From positions 2,976,001-3,040,000 of the forward strand of contig OZ374559.1 of assembly GCA_977862235.1 (NCBI GenBank): DNA of 64,000 nt. Direction: 5' to 3'. Below the pieces are notes generated by a model that saw nothing but the letters and a program-made list of their open reading frames with translations, ran no database searches and was not told where the DNA came from. Shown here one piece after another: positions 1-11,546 of the stretch. The first letter of the stretch is position 1. Each line of letters opens with the position of its first letter. This DNA comes from Dudresnaya verticillata. Lineage: Eukaryota. The position numbers and the translations under genes are program-made.

Positions 1-712
1 TTATTACTGTTACACCATTTGTTCCCTCTTTCCGGATTTATGTGTGGTCATAGCTTTGAAACGGCACAGCGTTCTAACAAGTGCAGGGAGCCTCGAGGTT
101 AGAAAGGCCGCACATAGCGCATGATCGCATGATGGCTATTGACTCTACCTGCAGCGTCCAAGTGAATTGGCGGCAGAACGCTTGCTGGCGGCGGTGACGG
201 AGAACGTGCGGTAGCAGTTGAAGCTACGAGATTTGTGTAACGTGTCAAGACAAAAGGTTCAGCTGCTGTGAACTGCAGCTACGAATGCCAAAGGCTATCA
301 CCGCATATCACTGCGTGTACATACTTGGACCGTCCTGTTGGAATATCTCGGAGATGTTTCCTAGTCTTTCACTCTTCCGCCGCACTCGTTGGCCGCTGGT
401 GTTGTGCCTAAACTACCACCGCCAGTTGGCGTCGGGTGGGCGCTCGTTCCCCCTCTCATTTTACTAGAGCGAGTGGCGCGCAACGCTTCTTCCCCGAGGT
501 ACATCTCACAACTTTTCTGCGGCTGTGTGCGTCTGCTGTTACGTTACGTTGGAACGGAACAAAGCGCTGTTCTGTTCTTGTTCTAGACTATAGTCGAGAA
601 TAGCCACATGCCATCGTGCTGTGTCACAGTGCGCCTCACAAAGTATGAAGTCAAGGTTTGCGAGGTCGTTGCGCCGAGATCGTGGCGATGCTGTATGAAG
701 TTTACTTAAGGC

Positions 713-719
713 TATATAA
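713..719 (+). promoter_or_regulatory. TATA box of precursor gene A (also at 7234 and 13755)
   Basis: TATATAA about 210 bp upstream of ATG 929, followed by a CA-rich leader. Confidence 0.55.
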
Positions 720-928
720 GTGCTGGGCGGCTCACCAAAGACTCAAACCACCTAAATCATTGCGGTACTTCTGCACAGCAGCAAAGCACACTCTATTCAC
801 TCACACACACATTCACACAGCATACTTTCCATCTGCACCCGCACCCTTCCAGAACAACTCCTCAACACATCAACACACCTTCTGTGCTACATTTCTATCC
901 CGTTTACAAATCAACCCGCAACTCCAAC

Positions 929-1459
929 ATGAAGTTCACCACCTCTTGTTTCGCAATTTTCTTGCTCATCGCTGTCTACGAGACGTCAGCTAAAGCTGCC
1001 TCCATTGTTTCCACACACGACGCCGTCCCTCAAAAAATAGAGCTCCATGGATCTCGCACCACAACTGGCGCATGCTCACACGACGACCTTCTTCAGACGG
1101 CAGGATGCATGTGCTACGTTGTACAATCAAAGGGGAAGATGACACGAGAACTTTCTTCATTGTGCACTGAAGTATTCGGGCGGTCCATTTTCTATTCGGA
1201 AAAGTACTGCGAGCCGTTCATGACCGGTGGCATGACCCAGTACATGTCATTAGTCAAGAGTGCAAATACCTGCCTCAGCACCAAACTCGCTGCATCACTC
1301 CGTCAACTGTCGCGTGGATCTAAACACGAGTCGACGTCTACGGCCTTGGAACCAGGGAACAAAATGGAGCTGGAAGCGAGCGTGGTTCGTAAGTTCCCAT
1401 GGAAGCTAGTACTGAAGATCTTGAAGATTGCGATCGAAATTATACTATTGTTCTTGTAG
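929..1459 (+). CDS. Secreted Cys-rich precursor A, copy 1 (176 aa), with C-terminal amphipathic peptide KFPWKLVLKILKIAIEIILLFL
   Basis: ATG 929 opens a signal peptide (MKFTTSCFAIFLLIAVYETSA). The six-Cys domain (GCMC, LCxxVFGRS, CEPFM) is conserved with the paralog at 4534-5025, which supports coding status. Confidence 0.85.
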   Translation: MKFTTSCFAIFLLIAVYETSAKAASIVSTHDAVPQKIELHGSRTTTGACSHDDLLQTAGCMCYVVQSKGKMTRELSSLCTEVFGRSIFYSEKYCEPFMTGGMTQYMSLVKSANTCLSTKLAASLRQLSRGSKHESTSTALEPGNKMELEASVVRKFPWKLVLKILKIAIEIILLFL

Positions 1460-1935
1460 TGGAGTTGGCAGATGTGTCATTGTTATTGTATATTGTGTTT
1501 TCTGGTGGGACTGTGATGTAAAAAGAGAGAAACAGGTGTGTCGCTGGATAAAACAACTCTTTTTTGTTAGACCTTTAGGAAGCGGGTGAGATTTGTGCGT
1601 AGAAAGTAACCAAGGGAGAGAGGGAGAGAGCAGCATCCTTTTTGCTCAGAAGATTCACATTAATGTAGCCGCCCACTAGTTTGTGTCAACCGCCTTTCCC
1701 GAAGCCGCCTGTGGACGTCCACTGCCATTGTTTATACCTTTTGACTTGGCAACTTGGGCATGAAATTCTATTCCTATGTCTGGTCATCAATATGTATGGC
1801 CGAGTTTTCCTGTCCTTGACCTCAACCTCAACGCATTGCGACCTTGCTGTCGAAAAAGGTACCTCCCCAGCCTCCGGGAAGCTTAATGTTACTCTCATCT
1901 GACTTCCTTAGCCCTTCAATGCGCGGCAGTTAATG

Positions 1936-2814
1936 TTAACGGTTGGGCTCTCTCCCCTCCGTTCTTGACCTTTTGTGTTTAGAAACGTATAGTCTCCTCA
2001 TCAGCTCAACTTCTGATCCTCGCAAGTGTGGAAGACGAAGGCAGGATGGAAACAGCCGTGGAGGAGCTCTCCGCGAAGATGGTTCGAGACTTTTGGACCG
2101 CTGAAGATATTCATGCCTGCGGAAAAGATTATCATTGCTTCTTGTACGTCTTACTCTTTTCGACTCTGGGTTGATAGATATCGTGAGGACAGAAAGACCC
2201 TGAAGGGCCGCATGTTTCCTTGGAATCCTAACGTTTGGGCATTCGCGCTCTATTAGAGCGTTCAGTTCGTAAAGCTCATCGATGATATCGGAACGTGGGT
2301 TCTTTCCCCTGGCAGCACGTGCCGATGCATAGTCCGCAAAAGAATTGGATAAGAACACGATCCCTTCATACCCGAAACGCCTGCATTGTTCAAGGACCTC
2401 GTTGCAAAGATGCAGAGGGCAGAATGGCATAAAAAGAATAGCACAAGTTCCCGCCGGAGGGGTCCTCATTCTGTTGGAGCAAGCGGGAACAACATTGAAC
2501 CCTGCTCGTTGCGCGACTTGGATATCGTCCTGTTTGAATACCGGATCAGTGATCGTGCAAACAGAAAGTTGTCCCAGCATTTCTTTGACCAACAACGCAC
2601 AAGCAAACTGAACCAACGAATTCTGAGCAGCGACGAACGAGCCGATTCCAAGACACTGGAGAGAGTATGGCCTTCTTCCTGCCTTGGCATGCTGGAGGTC
2701 GCGTTTGAGAATCGCCCACCAGCCTGATTTGCGAAGCTCTCGTTTGACTTCTTCGAGGCGCCTCGCAGTTCTTGTCGCCGTGGCTGACATGTGCCGAGGG
2801 TCAGTGCCCTTCAT
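1936..2814 (-). CDS. SRR1: SRR1-domain protein (Sensitivity to Red light Reduced 1 / SRRD-like), copy 1
   Basis: Motifs CLGIGSF, QFACALL, DPVF..DD, LFMPFC and LSNSF match the SRR1 family. First ATG at 2814, alternative at 2790. Confidence 0.8.
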   Translation of the reverse strand: MKGTDPRHMSATATRTARRLEEVKRELRKSGWWAILKRDLQHAKAGRRPYSLQCLGIGSFVAAQNSLVQFACALLVKEMLGQLSVCTITDPVFKQDDIQVAQRAGFNVVPACSNRMRTPPAGTCAILFMPFCPLHLCNEVLEQCRRFGYEGIVFLSNSFADYASARAARGKNPRSDIIDELYELNALIERECPNVRIPRKHAALQGLSVLTISINPESKRVRRTRSNDNLFRRHEYLQRSKSLEPSSRRAPPRLFPSCLRLPHLRGSEVELMRRLYVSKHKRSRTEGREPNR

Positions 2815-4533
2815 TTCTGAATGTGTAGCGTGAACGGGGTGGTGATTTGGCAAGGCAAGAATTGACAATGTGCTCTACACAGGGCCGCGGCGTGGAAAGG
2901 TTGTAGGTGGGAGCAGTACGCAACTCGGAGTTCAGTGCAGACACGATAAATAGGTCGGGCGGGAACGCTCAGAGGGCGGTAAAATGCACTCGCAAGTTGC
3001 GTTTCGCGCCAAATACCGCCCAGAATTTCTCCACATGCCATTCTTAATAGTTTGTGAGATATTCCGAATGAGCAGCGAAGCAGCCTCCCAAGAATATTCT
3101 CCTCACTTAACGTAGCAAGTTCCAAGACGTCTTGATCACTGAATACAACGCCACGACCAAAGTGCTTCTACGCTGGACTGACAATAGTGTTAGTGGATAG
3201 AAAGCCCCCCTTAACTTGTTTCAGTTAGCATTAGTCGTCGCAATTATCCCATATCCCGTCTGATGCGTTCTAGTGCTTTACCCCTCTCCCCTGTCCAGTC
3301 CACAGTCTCTCTTTCTAAATAAAGGTTGGTTCTAAAGGCATCTCTCTTCTAAATGAGATGGCCGAATCGAAGATGTGAGTTTATTGCAGTGGACGGGAGA
3401 GTGACGTCATGTATAATCACCTGATTATCTGCACCAAGAGGTGTGCAATGAAGTGATCCAGCCACAGGAATCTCTTTTGAGGATGCTTACGGTACCTCGA
3501 ACACCTCATTGTGACACTGAAAATCTTTACCTTTTCAACTCTGCACCGTCAAGAAGCCCACGAATGTTGACAAGCAATCTCGAAAGCAACGGCTCAGTTT
3601 ATTCCCAATAACAGTAGAAACAGACTCGTAAATAAGGCGAGTCTCTTAATGGGTGGGGAAGATGCCGTTCTCCGCAGCGATGAAGTTCGCTAGTCGGTTT
3701 CCCTCCACTGTCAAAAGGGATAAGTGACTTTCATAATCTCAATAAATGGGTACAAGCTTCGCAAAACCTGATGCGCGTATAGTTCAAAGCGGCGACAAAA
3801 TGGCTCGCAATGTGGCTATCACCATCGGGGGAAGTTCGAAGGGAATTTCGTACAGACGAAGAGAGTGATGGCCTGGTTCAGCTCGAGAGCCTGCATGGGG
3901 TGGAAATCGCCAGGAGCAGGTGAATATAAATGTTTACTCAACTTTAGAGTGTTTAGAGTGTACTCGCCTCGTCCAGGAGCAGGTCGACGGGACAACCGAG
4001 TAGGGCCCTGAAATGAGTTTAGGTCACTAATACCCGCACATGGGCCTTCAAGTCGCCCCGCCCGATCGGGACCACCTAAAACAACCATTAAAAGTTTACC
4101 ATCACTAAGCTTCACTACTAGGTCAAAGCGGAAGCGATAGTTGTTTTTTTGGTAGTGAGCGTAATCCACCAGGAGAGGAAAATCAAAAACAAAGGGAGCA
4201 GCCACTAAAGTAAACCGTCGCACTGGATCTGGTCTTGCTGGTAGTGACATATCCTATTAGTAAGATGGACATGCAGGCAGGATGAATCAATGGAGAAGTG
4301 TGGTTGATGTTTTAGAAGAGAATTTGTTGCTGGAAACATGGAGGTACTTTGTATGTAAGTTTGTAAAATGATGCATTACAACCTCGAGAGTAGGAAGATT
4401 TGAATAAAGGGATAAAGGGATGAAGTGCTTGAAAAGCATAAAACGTTTTATACATTCGTCTGCATTTTTGCTTACTTTATACAATTAGTGGCACAAGCAA
4501 AGGATGTTCATGTTATGTATTACTGCAGCAAGA

Positions 4534-5025
4534 CTAAGGACCTCCAGTCTCTTCCAGAATCAGAATGGCAATCTTGATCGCGATTATCAAGATCTTCAAG
4601 ACCAGAATCCAAGGGAACCGCACCGCCTTGGCCAACAGTTCCATCCTTCCCATATTCTTGTCCAAGGATGTGACCTGTACGAGCTGTCGGAAGGTGCCCT
4701 TTAGATCGCTGTTGACGCAAGAAATCGAGCTCTGCACAAGAGATTTCAATTGCACCACGCCCTTGGACATAAATGGTTCGCAGAAAGCATTCGACACAAA
4801 GGCAGACCGTCCAAACACTTGAATACAAAGCGAATGGAGCTCCTTCGTCATCCTTCCGTTCTTGTAGATTATGTGACACATACATCCTGAAGAATGGATC
4901 ATGGTGTCGCTTGAGCACGTGTTACTGAGAGCATGAGAAACTTCGGAGATTGGCTTGAGACTGACAGCTGTGCAGGTGCCAATGATGGTGCACAGGATAG
5001 ATGAGATGAGGAAGGATTTCTTCAT
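4534..5025 (-). CDS. Secreted Cys-rich precursor B, copy 1 (163 aa), paralog of A, C-terminal FPWILVLKILIIAIKIAILILEETGGP
   Basis: ATG 5025, signal peptide MKKSFLISSILCTIIGTCTA. Same GCMC / LCxxVFGRS / CEPFM / RQL / MEL..VR / FPW motifs as A. Confidence 0.85.
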   Translation of the reverse strand: MKKSFLISSILCTIIGTCTAVSLKPISEVSHALSNTCSSDTMIHSSGCMCHIIYKNGRMTKELHSLCIQVFGRSAFVSNAFCEPFMSKGVVQLKSLVQSSISCVNSDLKGTFRQLVQVTSLDKNMGRMELLAKAVRFPWILVLKILIIAIKIAILILEETGGP

Positions 5026-5267
5026 CTTGTTGGTTGCTGTAGATGAACCCCGAATGGCAGATTGTGCGTATACGGATTGCGTATAGCAGTTGGTTTGTGT
5101 AACACAGACTTGACTTCTGGTTAGCACGACTTGGTTATGTGTGGGTGATCTCGGATTCTTTAGCCGATTGTAGAGACGATTTGTTGTGTTGGAGAGTTGC
5201 TTGTTCGCGTCGATTGCTGTTGGTTTCTGATCCTGATTGCAACCCCGGGTTGGGCGTGCTCTGTGGT

Positions 5268-5274
5268 TTTTATA
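5268..5274 (-). promoter_or_regulatory. TATA box of precursor gene B (also near 11789)
   Basis: TATAAAA on the minus strand about 245 bp upstream of ATG 5025. Confidence 0.5.
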
Positions 5275-7449
5275 GAAGAGGATCAAATGTTACGCTTGCA
5301 CATGGTAGCAAGCCCCTGAAACTCAGGATCTAGGTCTAATGCATTCGACTACAAACAAACGCCTTTACCGTTCGCTCGGAAAGACTCACTTGTGCCTATG
5401 ATTGTCGGCATTCATAATCGTAGCCACAGGATGAAACAATATTGAAAGTGCTTGCGCCAACAACAGGCTCCCTGCCTCACGTTTCACCTCGGCATCGCGC
5501 ACAACGTTCACGTCTCCTTTTTTTGTTACAGCCGCCTCTCCTTCCGCCTCCCTACATCCTCCCCCTCTTTCTCGTTTGGCCTGCGTCGTGATGTTTTACT
5601 CTTTTACTGTGCCCGCTCGTGTCAGATCTGCCGATATTTGAGATCTTTCTGGGATACTGAGCGCAGGCAACACCGTTTCAGAGAATGTGACTATGATGGC
5701 ACAATGATACATTGGCACGCGTCCAATTGCAGCAGTTTGCTCCATTTTGCATTGTATGAGTTCGAGTGAGCAGCAATACCATGTACCGTGTCTACCTTCT
5801 TCGGCCGGTACGGGCTCAATACTCTTCATAAACTATACGGCTGTGAAATGGCATCGTATTCAAATCAAACAGCACCGTACTGAGAGTGTGATGTGCGGAA
5901 AGCGAGTGGGGCAGTCTCGAGTCTTTCGAGCACACAAGTCACACCTGATACCGTGGCGGTGTTTGCTGCTGTACAACTTGCACTGTGAGCTTTCTCATTT
6001 CTCATTTCAGCTGCAATACAACTTCGCGAAGGTGCCAACGTTCGTGAAGGGGCATACTGTGTGAATATTGTGATAGTGTGTAGAAAGTCGGAAGGGGCTT
6101 TTATCAGTTCGTTTTTATGCTGCACGAGCTTGCGAACCTCGTTGGAGGCAGCCGTGAGAGTATAACAAAGCGAGTACTTTGACAAAGGTCGGTTTGATTC
6201 ACGTCGTCGGATACATTGAAACTGTATGAAGTGCTTTGAAGGTTACGGAAACGTCAATAAGGCTTTGACTGTGCGGTAATGTGTGCCTGTGTGTGCTTTA
6301 GGTGCTCATATGTGCCATTCCGCTTTCTACGAGATGGTGGCTGAGCCAAGTGTTCCAAGGCCCCGGTCCACCTGCGGCTGTGCAAGTGGAGCAAGGCGTG
6401 ACGGGAATGCAACATTCTGGAGCGAACAGGTGGCCTGGAGGCGGGCAACAAGAATATGCGGTCGTCCTTAGCAGCTCAGATGTGCAGAGATATAATGCAG
6501 TGAGATTGTGGTAATGTTATATTATTACTGTTACACCATTTGTTCCCTCTTTCCGGATTTATGTGTGGTCATAGCTTTGAAACGGCACAGCGTTCTAACA
6601 AGTGCAGGGAGCCTCGAGGTTAGAAAGGCCGCACATAGCGCATGATCGCATGATGGCTATTGACTCTACCTGCAGCGTCCAAGTGAATTGGCGGCAGAAC
6701 GCTTGCTGGCGGCGGTGACGGAGAACGTGCGGTAGCAGTTGAAGCTACGAGATTTGTGTAACGTGTCAAGACAAAAGGTTCAGCTGCTGTGAACTGCAGC
6801 TACGAATGCCAAAGGCTATCACCGCATATCACTGCGTGTACATACTTGGACCGTCCTGTTGGAATATCTCGGAGATGTTTCCTAGTCTTTCACTCTTCCG
6901 CCGCACTCGTTGGCCGCTGGTGTTGTGCCTAAACTACCACCGCCAGTTGGCGTCGGGTGGGCGCTCGTTCCCCCTCTCATTTTACTAGAGCGAGTGGCGC
7001 GCAACGCTTCTTCCCCGAGGTACATCTCACAACTTTTCTGCGGCTGTGTGCGTCTGCTGTTACGTTACGTTGGAACGGAACAAAGCGCTGTTCTGTTCTT
7101 GTTCTAGACTATAGTCGAGAATAGCCACATGCCATCGTGCTGTGTCACAGTGCGCCTCACAAAGTATGAAGTCAAGGTTTGCGAGGTCGTTGCGCCGAGA
7201 TCGTGGCGATGCTGTATGAAGTTTACTTAAGGCTATATAAGTGCTGGGCGGCTCACCAAAGACTCAAACCACCTAAATCATTGCGGTACTTCTGCACAGC
7301 AGCAAAGCACACTCTATTCACTCACACACACATTCACACAGCATACTTTCCATCTGCACCCGCACCCTTCCAGAACAACTCCTCAACACATCAACACACC
7401 TTCTGTGCTACATTTCTATCCCGTTTACAAATCAACCCGCAACTCCAAC

Positions 7450-7980
7450 ATGAAGTTCACCACCTCTTGTTTCGCAATTTTCTTGCTCATCGCTGTCTAC
7501 GAGACGTCAGCTAAAGCTGCCTCCATTGTTTCCACACACGACGCCGTCCCTCAAAAAATAGAGCTCCATGGATCTCGCACCACAACTGGCGCATGCTCAC
7601 ACGACGACCTTCTTCAGACGGCAGGATGCATGTGCTACGTTGTACAATCAAAGGGGAAGATGACACGAGAACTTTCTTCATTGTGCACTGAAGTATTCGG
7701 GCGGTCCATTTTCTATTCGGAAAAGTACTGCGAGCCGTTCATGACCGGTGGCATGACCCAGTACATGTCATTAGTCAAGAGTGCAAATACCTGCCTCAGC
7801 ACCAAACTCGCTGCATCACTCCGTCAACTGTCGCGTGGATCTAAACACGAGTCGACGTCTACGGCCTTGGAACCAGGGAACAAAATGGAGCTGGAAGCGA
7901 GCGTGGTTCGTAAGTTCCCATGGAAGCTAGTACTGAAGATCTTGAAGATTGCGATCGAAATTATACTATTGTTCTTGTAG
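7450..7980 (+). CDS. Secreted precursor A, copy 2 (same protein as copy 1)
   Basis: Repeat of 929-1459 at +6521. Confidence 0.85.
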   Translation: MKFTTSCFAIFLLIAVYETSAKAASIVSTHDAVPQKIELHGSRTTTGACSHDDLLQTAGCMCYVVQSKGKMTRELSSLCTEVFGRSIFYSEKYCEPFMTGGMTQYMSLVKSANTCLSTKLAASLRQLSRGSKHESTSTALEPGNKMELEASVVRKFPWKLVLKILKIAIEIILLFL

Positions 7981-8456
7981 TGGAGTTGGCAGATGTGTCA
8001 TTGTTATTGTATATTGTGTTTTCTGGTGGGACTGTGATGTAAAAAGAGAGAAACAGGTGTGTCGCTGGATAAAACAACTCTTTTTTGTTAGACCTTTAGG
8101 AAGCGGGTGAGATTTGTGCGTAGAAAGTAACCAAGGGAGAGAGGGAGAGAGCAGCATCCTTTTTGCTCAGAAGATTCACATTAATGTAGCCGCCCACTAG
8201 TTTGTGTCAACCGCCTTTCCCGAAGCCGCCTGTGGACGTCCACTGCCATTGTTTATACCTTTTGACTTGGCAACTTGGGCATGAAATTCTATTCCTATGT
8301 CTGGTCATCAATATGTATGGCCGAGTTTTCCTGTCCTTGACCTCAACCTCAACGCATTGCGACCTTGCTGTCGAAAAAGGTACCTCCCCAGCCTCCGGGA
8401 AGCTTAATGTTACTCTCATCTGACTTCCTTAGCCCTTCAATGCGCGGCAGTTAATG

Positions 8457-9335
8457 TTAACGGTTGGGCTCTCTCCCCTCCGTTCTTGACCTTTTGTGTT
8501 TAGAAACGTATAGTCTCCTCATCAGCTCAACTTCTGATCCTCGCAAGTGTGGAAGACGAAGGCAGGATGGAAACAGCCGTGGAGGAGCTCTCCGCGAAGA
8601 TGGTTCGAGACTTTTGGACCGCTGAAGATATTCATGCCTGCGGAAAAGATTATCATTGCTTCTTGTACGTCTTACTCTTTTCGACTCTGGGTTGATAGAT
8701 ATCGTGAGGACAGAAAGACCCTGAAGGGCCGCATGTTTCCTTGGAATCCTAACGTTTGGGCATTCGCGCTCTATTAGAGCGTTCAGTTCGTAAAGCTCAT
8801 CGATGATATCGGAACGTGGGTTCTTTCCCCTGGCAGCACGTGCCGATGCATAGTCCGCAAAAGAATTGGATAAGAACACGATCCCTTCATACCCGAAACG
8901 CCTGCATTGTTCAAGGACCTCGTTGCAAAGATGCAGAGGGCAGAATGGCATAAAAAGAATAGCACAAGTTCCCGCCGGAGGGGTCCTCATTCTGTTGGAG
9001 CAAGCGGGAACAACATTGAACCCTGCTCGTTGCGCGACTTGGATATCGTCCTGTTTGAATACCGGATCAGTGATCGTGCAAACAGAAAGTTGTCCCAGCA
9101 TTTCTTTGACCAACAACGCACAAGCAAACTGAACCAACGAATTCTGAGCAGCGACGAACGAGCCGATTCCAAGACACTGGAGAGAGTATGGCCTTCTTCC
9201 TGCCTTGGCATGCTGGAGGTCGCGTTTGAGAATCGCCCACCAGCCTGATTTGCGAAGCTCTCGTTTGACTTCTTCGAGGCGCCTCGCAGTTCTTGTCGCC
9301 GTGGCTGACATGTGCCGAGGGTCAGTGCCCTTCAT
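8457..9335 (-). CDS. SRR1: SRR1-domain protein, copy 2
   Basis: Repeat of 1936-2814 at +6521. Confidence 0.8.
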   Translation of the reverse strand: MKGTDPRHMSATATRTARRLEEVKRELRKSGWWAILKRDLQHAKAGRRPYSLQCLGIGSFVAAQNSLVQFACALLVKEMLGQLSVCTITDPVFKQDDIQVAQRAGFNVVPACSNRMRTPPAGTCAILFMPFCPLHLCNEVLEQCRRFGYEGIVFLSNSFADYASARAARGKNPRSDIIDELYELNALIERECPNVRIPRKHAALQGLSVLTISINPESKRVRRTRSNDNLFRRHEYLQRSKSLEPSSRRAPPRLFPSCLRLPHLRGSEVELMRRLYVSKHKRSRTEGREPNR

Positions 9336-11054
9336 TTCTGAATGTGTAGCGTGAACGGGGTGGTGATTTGGCAAGGCAAGAATTGACAATGTGCTCTACA
9401 CAGGGCCGCGGCGTGGAAAGGTTGTAGGTGGGAGCAGTACGCAACTCGGAGTTCAGTGCAGATACGATAAATAGGTCGGGCGGGAACGCTCAGAGGGCGG
9501 TAAAATGCACTCGCAAGTTGCGTTTCGCGCCAAATACCGCCCAGAATTTCTCCACATGCCATTCTTAATAGTTTGTGAGATATTCCGAATGAGCAGCGAA
9601 GCAGCCTCCCAAGAATATTCTCCTCACTTAACGTAGCAAGTTCCAAGACGTCTTGATCACTGAATACAACGCCACGACCAAAGTGCTTCTACGCTGGACT
9701 GACAATAGTGTTAGTGGATAGAAAGCCCCCCTTAACTTGTTTCAGTTAGCATTAGTCGTCGCAATTATCCCATATCCCGTCTGATGCGTTCTAGTGCTTT
9801 ACCCCTCTCCCCTGTCCAGTCCACAGTCTCTCTTTCTAAATAAAGGTTGGTTCTAAAGGCATCTCTCTTCTAAATGAGATGGCCGAATCGAAGATGTGAG
9901 TTTATTGCAGTGGACGGGAGAGTGACGTCATGTATAATCACCTGATTATCTGCACCAAGAGGTGTGCAATGAAGTGATCCAGCCACAGGAATCTCTTTTG
10001 AGGATGCTTACGGTACCTCGAACACCTCATTGTGACACTGAAAATCTTTACCTTTTCAACTCTGCACCGTCAAGAAGCCCACGAATGTTGACAAGCAATC
10101 TCGAAAGCAACGGCTCAGTTTATTCCCAATAACAGTAGAAACAGACTCGTAAATAAGGCGAGTCTCTTAATGGGTGGGGAAGATGCCGTTCTCCGCAGCG
10201 ATGAAGTTCGCTAGTCGGTTTCCCTCCACTGTCAAAAGGGATAAGTGACTTTCATAATCTCAATAAATGGGTACAAGCTTCGCAAAACCTGATGCGCGTA
10301 TAGTTCAAAGCGGCGACAAAATGGCTCGCAATGTGGCTATCACCATCGGGGGAAGTTCGAAGGGAATTTCGTACAGACGAAGAGAGTGATGGCCTGGTTC
10401 AGCTCGAGAGCCTGCATGGGGTGGAAATCGCCAGGAGCAGGTGAATATAAATGTTTACTCAACTTTAGAGTGTTTAGAGTGTACTCGCCTCGTCCAGGAG
10501 CAGGTCGACGGGACAACCGAGTAGGGCCCTGAAATGAGTTTAGGTCACTAATACCCGCACATGGGCCTTCAAGTCGCCCCGCCCGATCGGGACCACCTAA
10601 AACAACCATTAAAAGTTTACCATCACTAAGCTTCACTACTAGGTCAAAGCGGAAGCGATAGTTGTTTTTTTGGTAGTGAGCGTAATCCACCAGGAGAGGA
10701 AAATCAAAAACAAAGGGAGCAGCCACTAAAGTAAACCGTCGCACTGGATCTGGTCTTGCTGGTAGTGACATATCCTATTAGTAAGATGGACATGCAGGCA
10801 GGATGAATCAATGGAGAAGTGTGGTTGATGTTTTAGAAGAGAATTTGTTGCTGGAAACATGGAGGTACTTTGTATGTAAGTTTGTAAAATGATGCATTAC
10901 AACCTCGAGAGTAGGAAGATTTGAATAAAGGGATAAAGGGATGAAGTGCTTGAAAAGCATAAAACGTTTTATACATTCGTCTGCATTTTTGCTTACTTTA
11001 TACAATTAGTGGCACAAGCAAAGGATGTTCATGTTATGTATTACTGCAGCAAGA

Positions 11055-11546
11055 CTAAGGACCTCCAGTCTCTTCCAGAATCAGAATGGCAATCTTGATC
11101 GCGATTATCAAGATCTTCAAGACCAGAATCCAAGGGAACCGCACCGCCTTGGCCAACAGTTCCATCCTTCCCATATTCTTGTCCAAGGATGTGACCTGTA
11201 CGAGCTGTCGGAAGGTGCCCTTTAGATCGCTGTTGACGCAAGAAATCGAGCTCTGCACAAGAGATTTCAATTGCACCACGCCCTTGGACATAAATGGTTC
11301 GCAGAAAGCATTCGACACAAAGGCAGACCGTCCAAACACTTGAATACAAAGCGAATGGAGCTCCTTCGTCATCCTTCCGTTCTTGTAGATTATGTGACAC
11401 ATACATCCTGAAGAATGGATCATGGTGTCGCTTGAGCACGTGTTACTGAGAGCATGAGAAACTTCGGAGATTGGCTTGAGACTGACAGCTGTGCAGGTGC
11501 CAATGATGGTGCACAGGATAGATGAGATGAGGAAGGATTTCTTCAT
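11055..11546 (-). CDS. Secreted precursor B, copy 2
   Basis: Repeat of 4534-5025 at +6521. Confidence 0.85.
   Translation of the reverse strand: MKKSFLISSILCTIIGTCTAVSLKPISEVSHALSNTCSSDTMIHSSGCMCHIIYKNGRMTKELHSLCIQVFGRSAFVSNAFCEPFMSKGVVQLKSLVQSSISCVNSDLKGTFRQLVQVTSLDKNMGRMELLAKAVRFPWILVLKILIIAIKIAILILEETGGP

Noticed and set aside
3819..4250. 143-aa minus-strand ORF (also 10340-10771)
   Set aside because: No recognisable motif or independent paralog. It could be real but I cannot support it.
884..5286. Longer N-termini for A (884) and B (5286) in the ORF track
   Set aside because: They start at GTG/TTG and overlap TATA or leader sequence; the signal peptides begin at ATG 929 and 5025.
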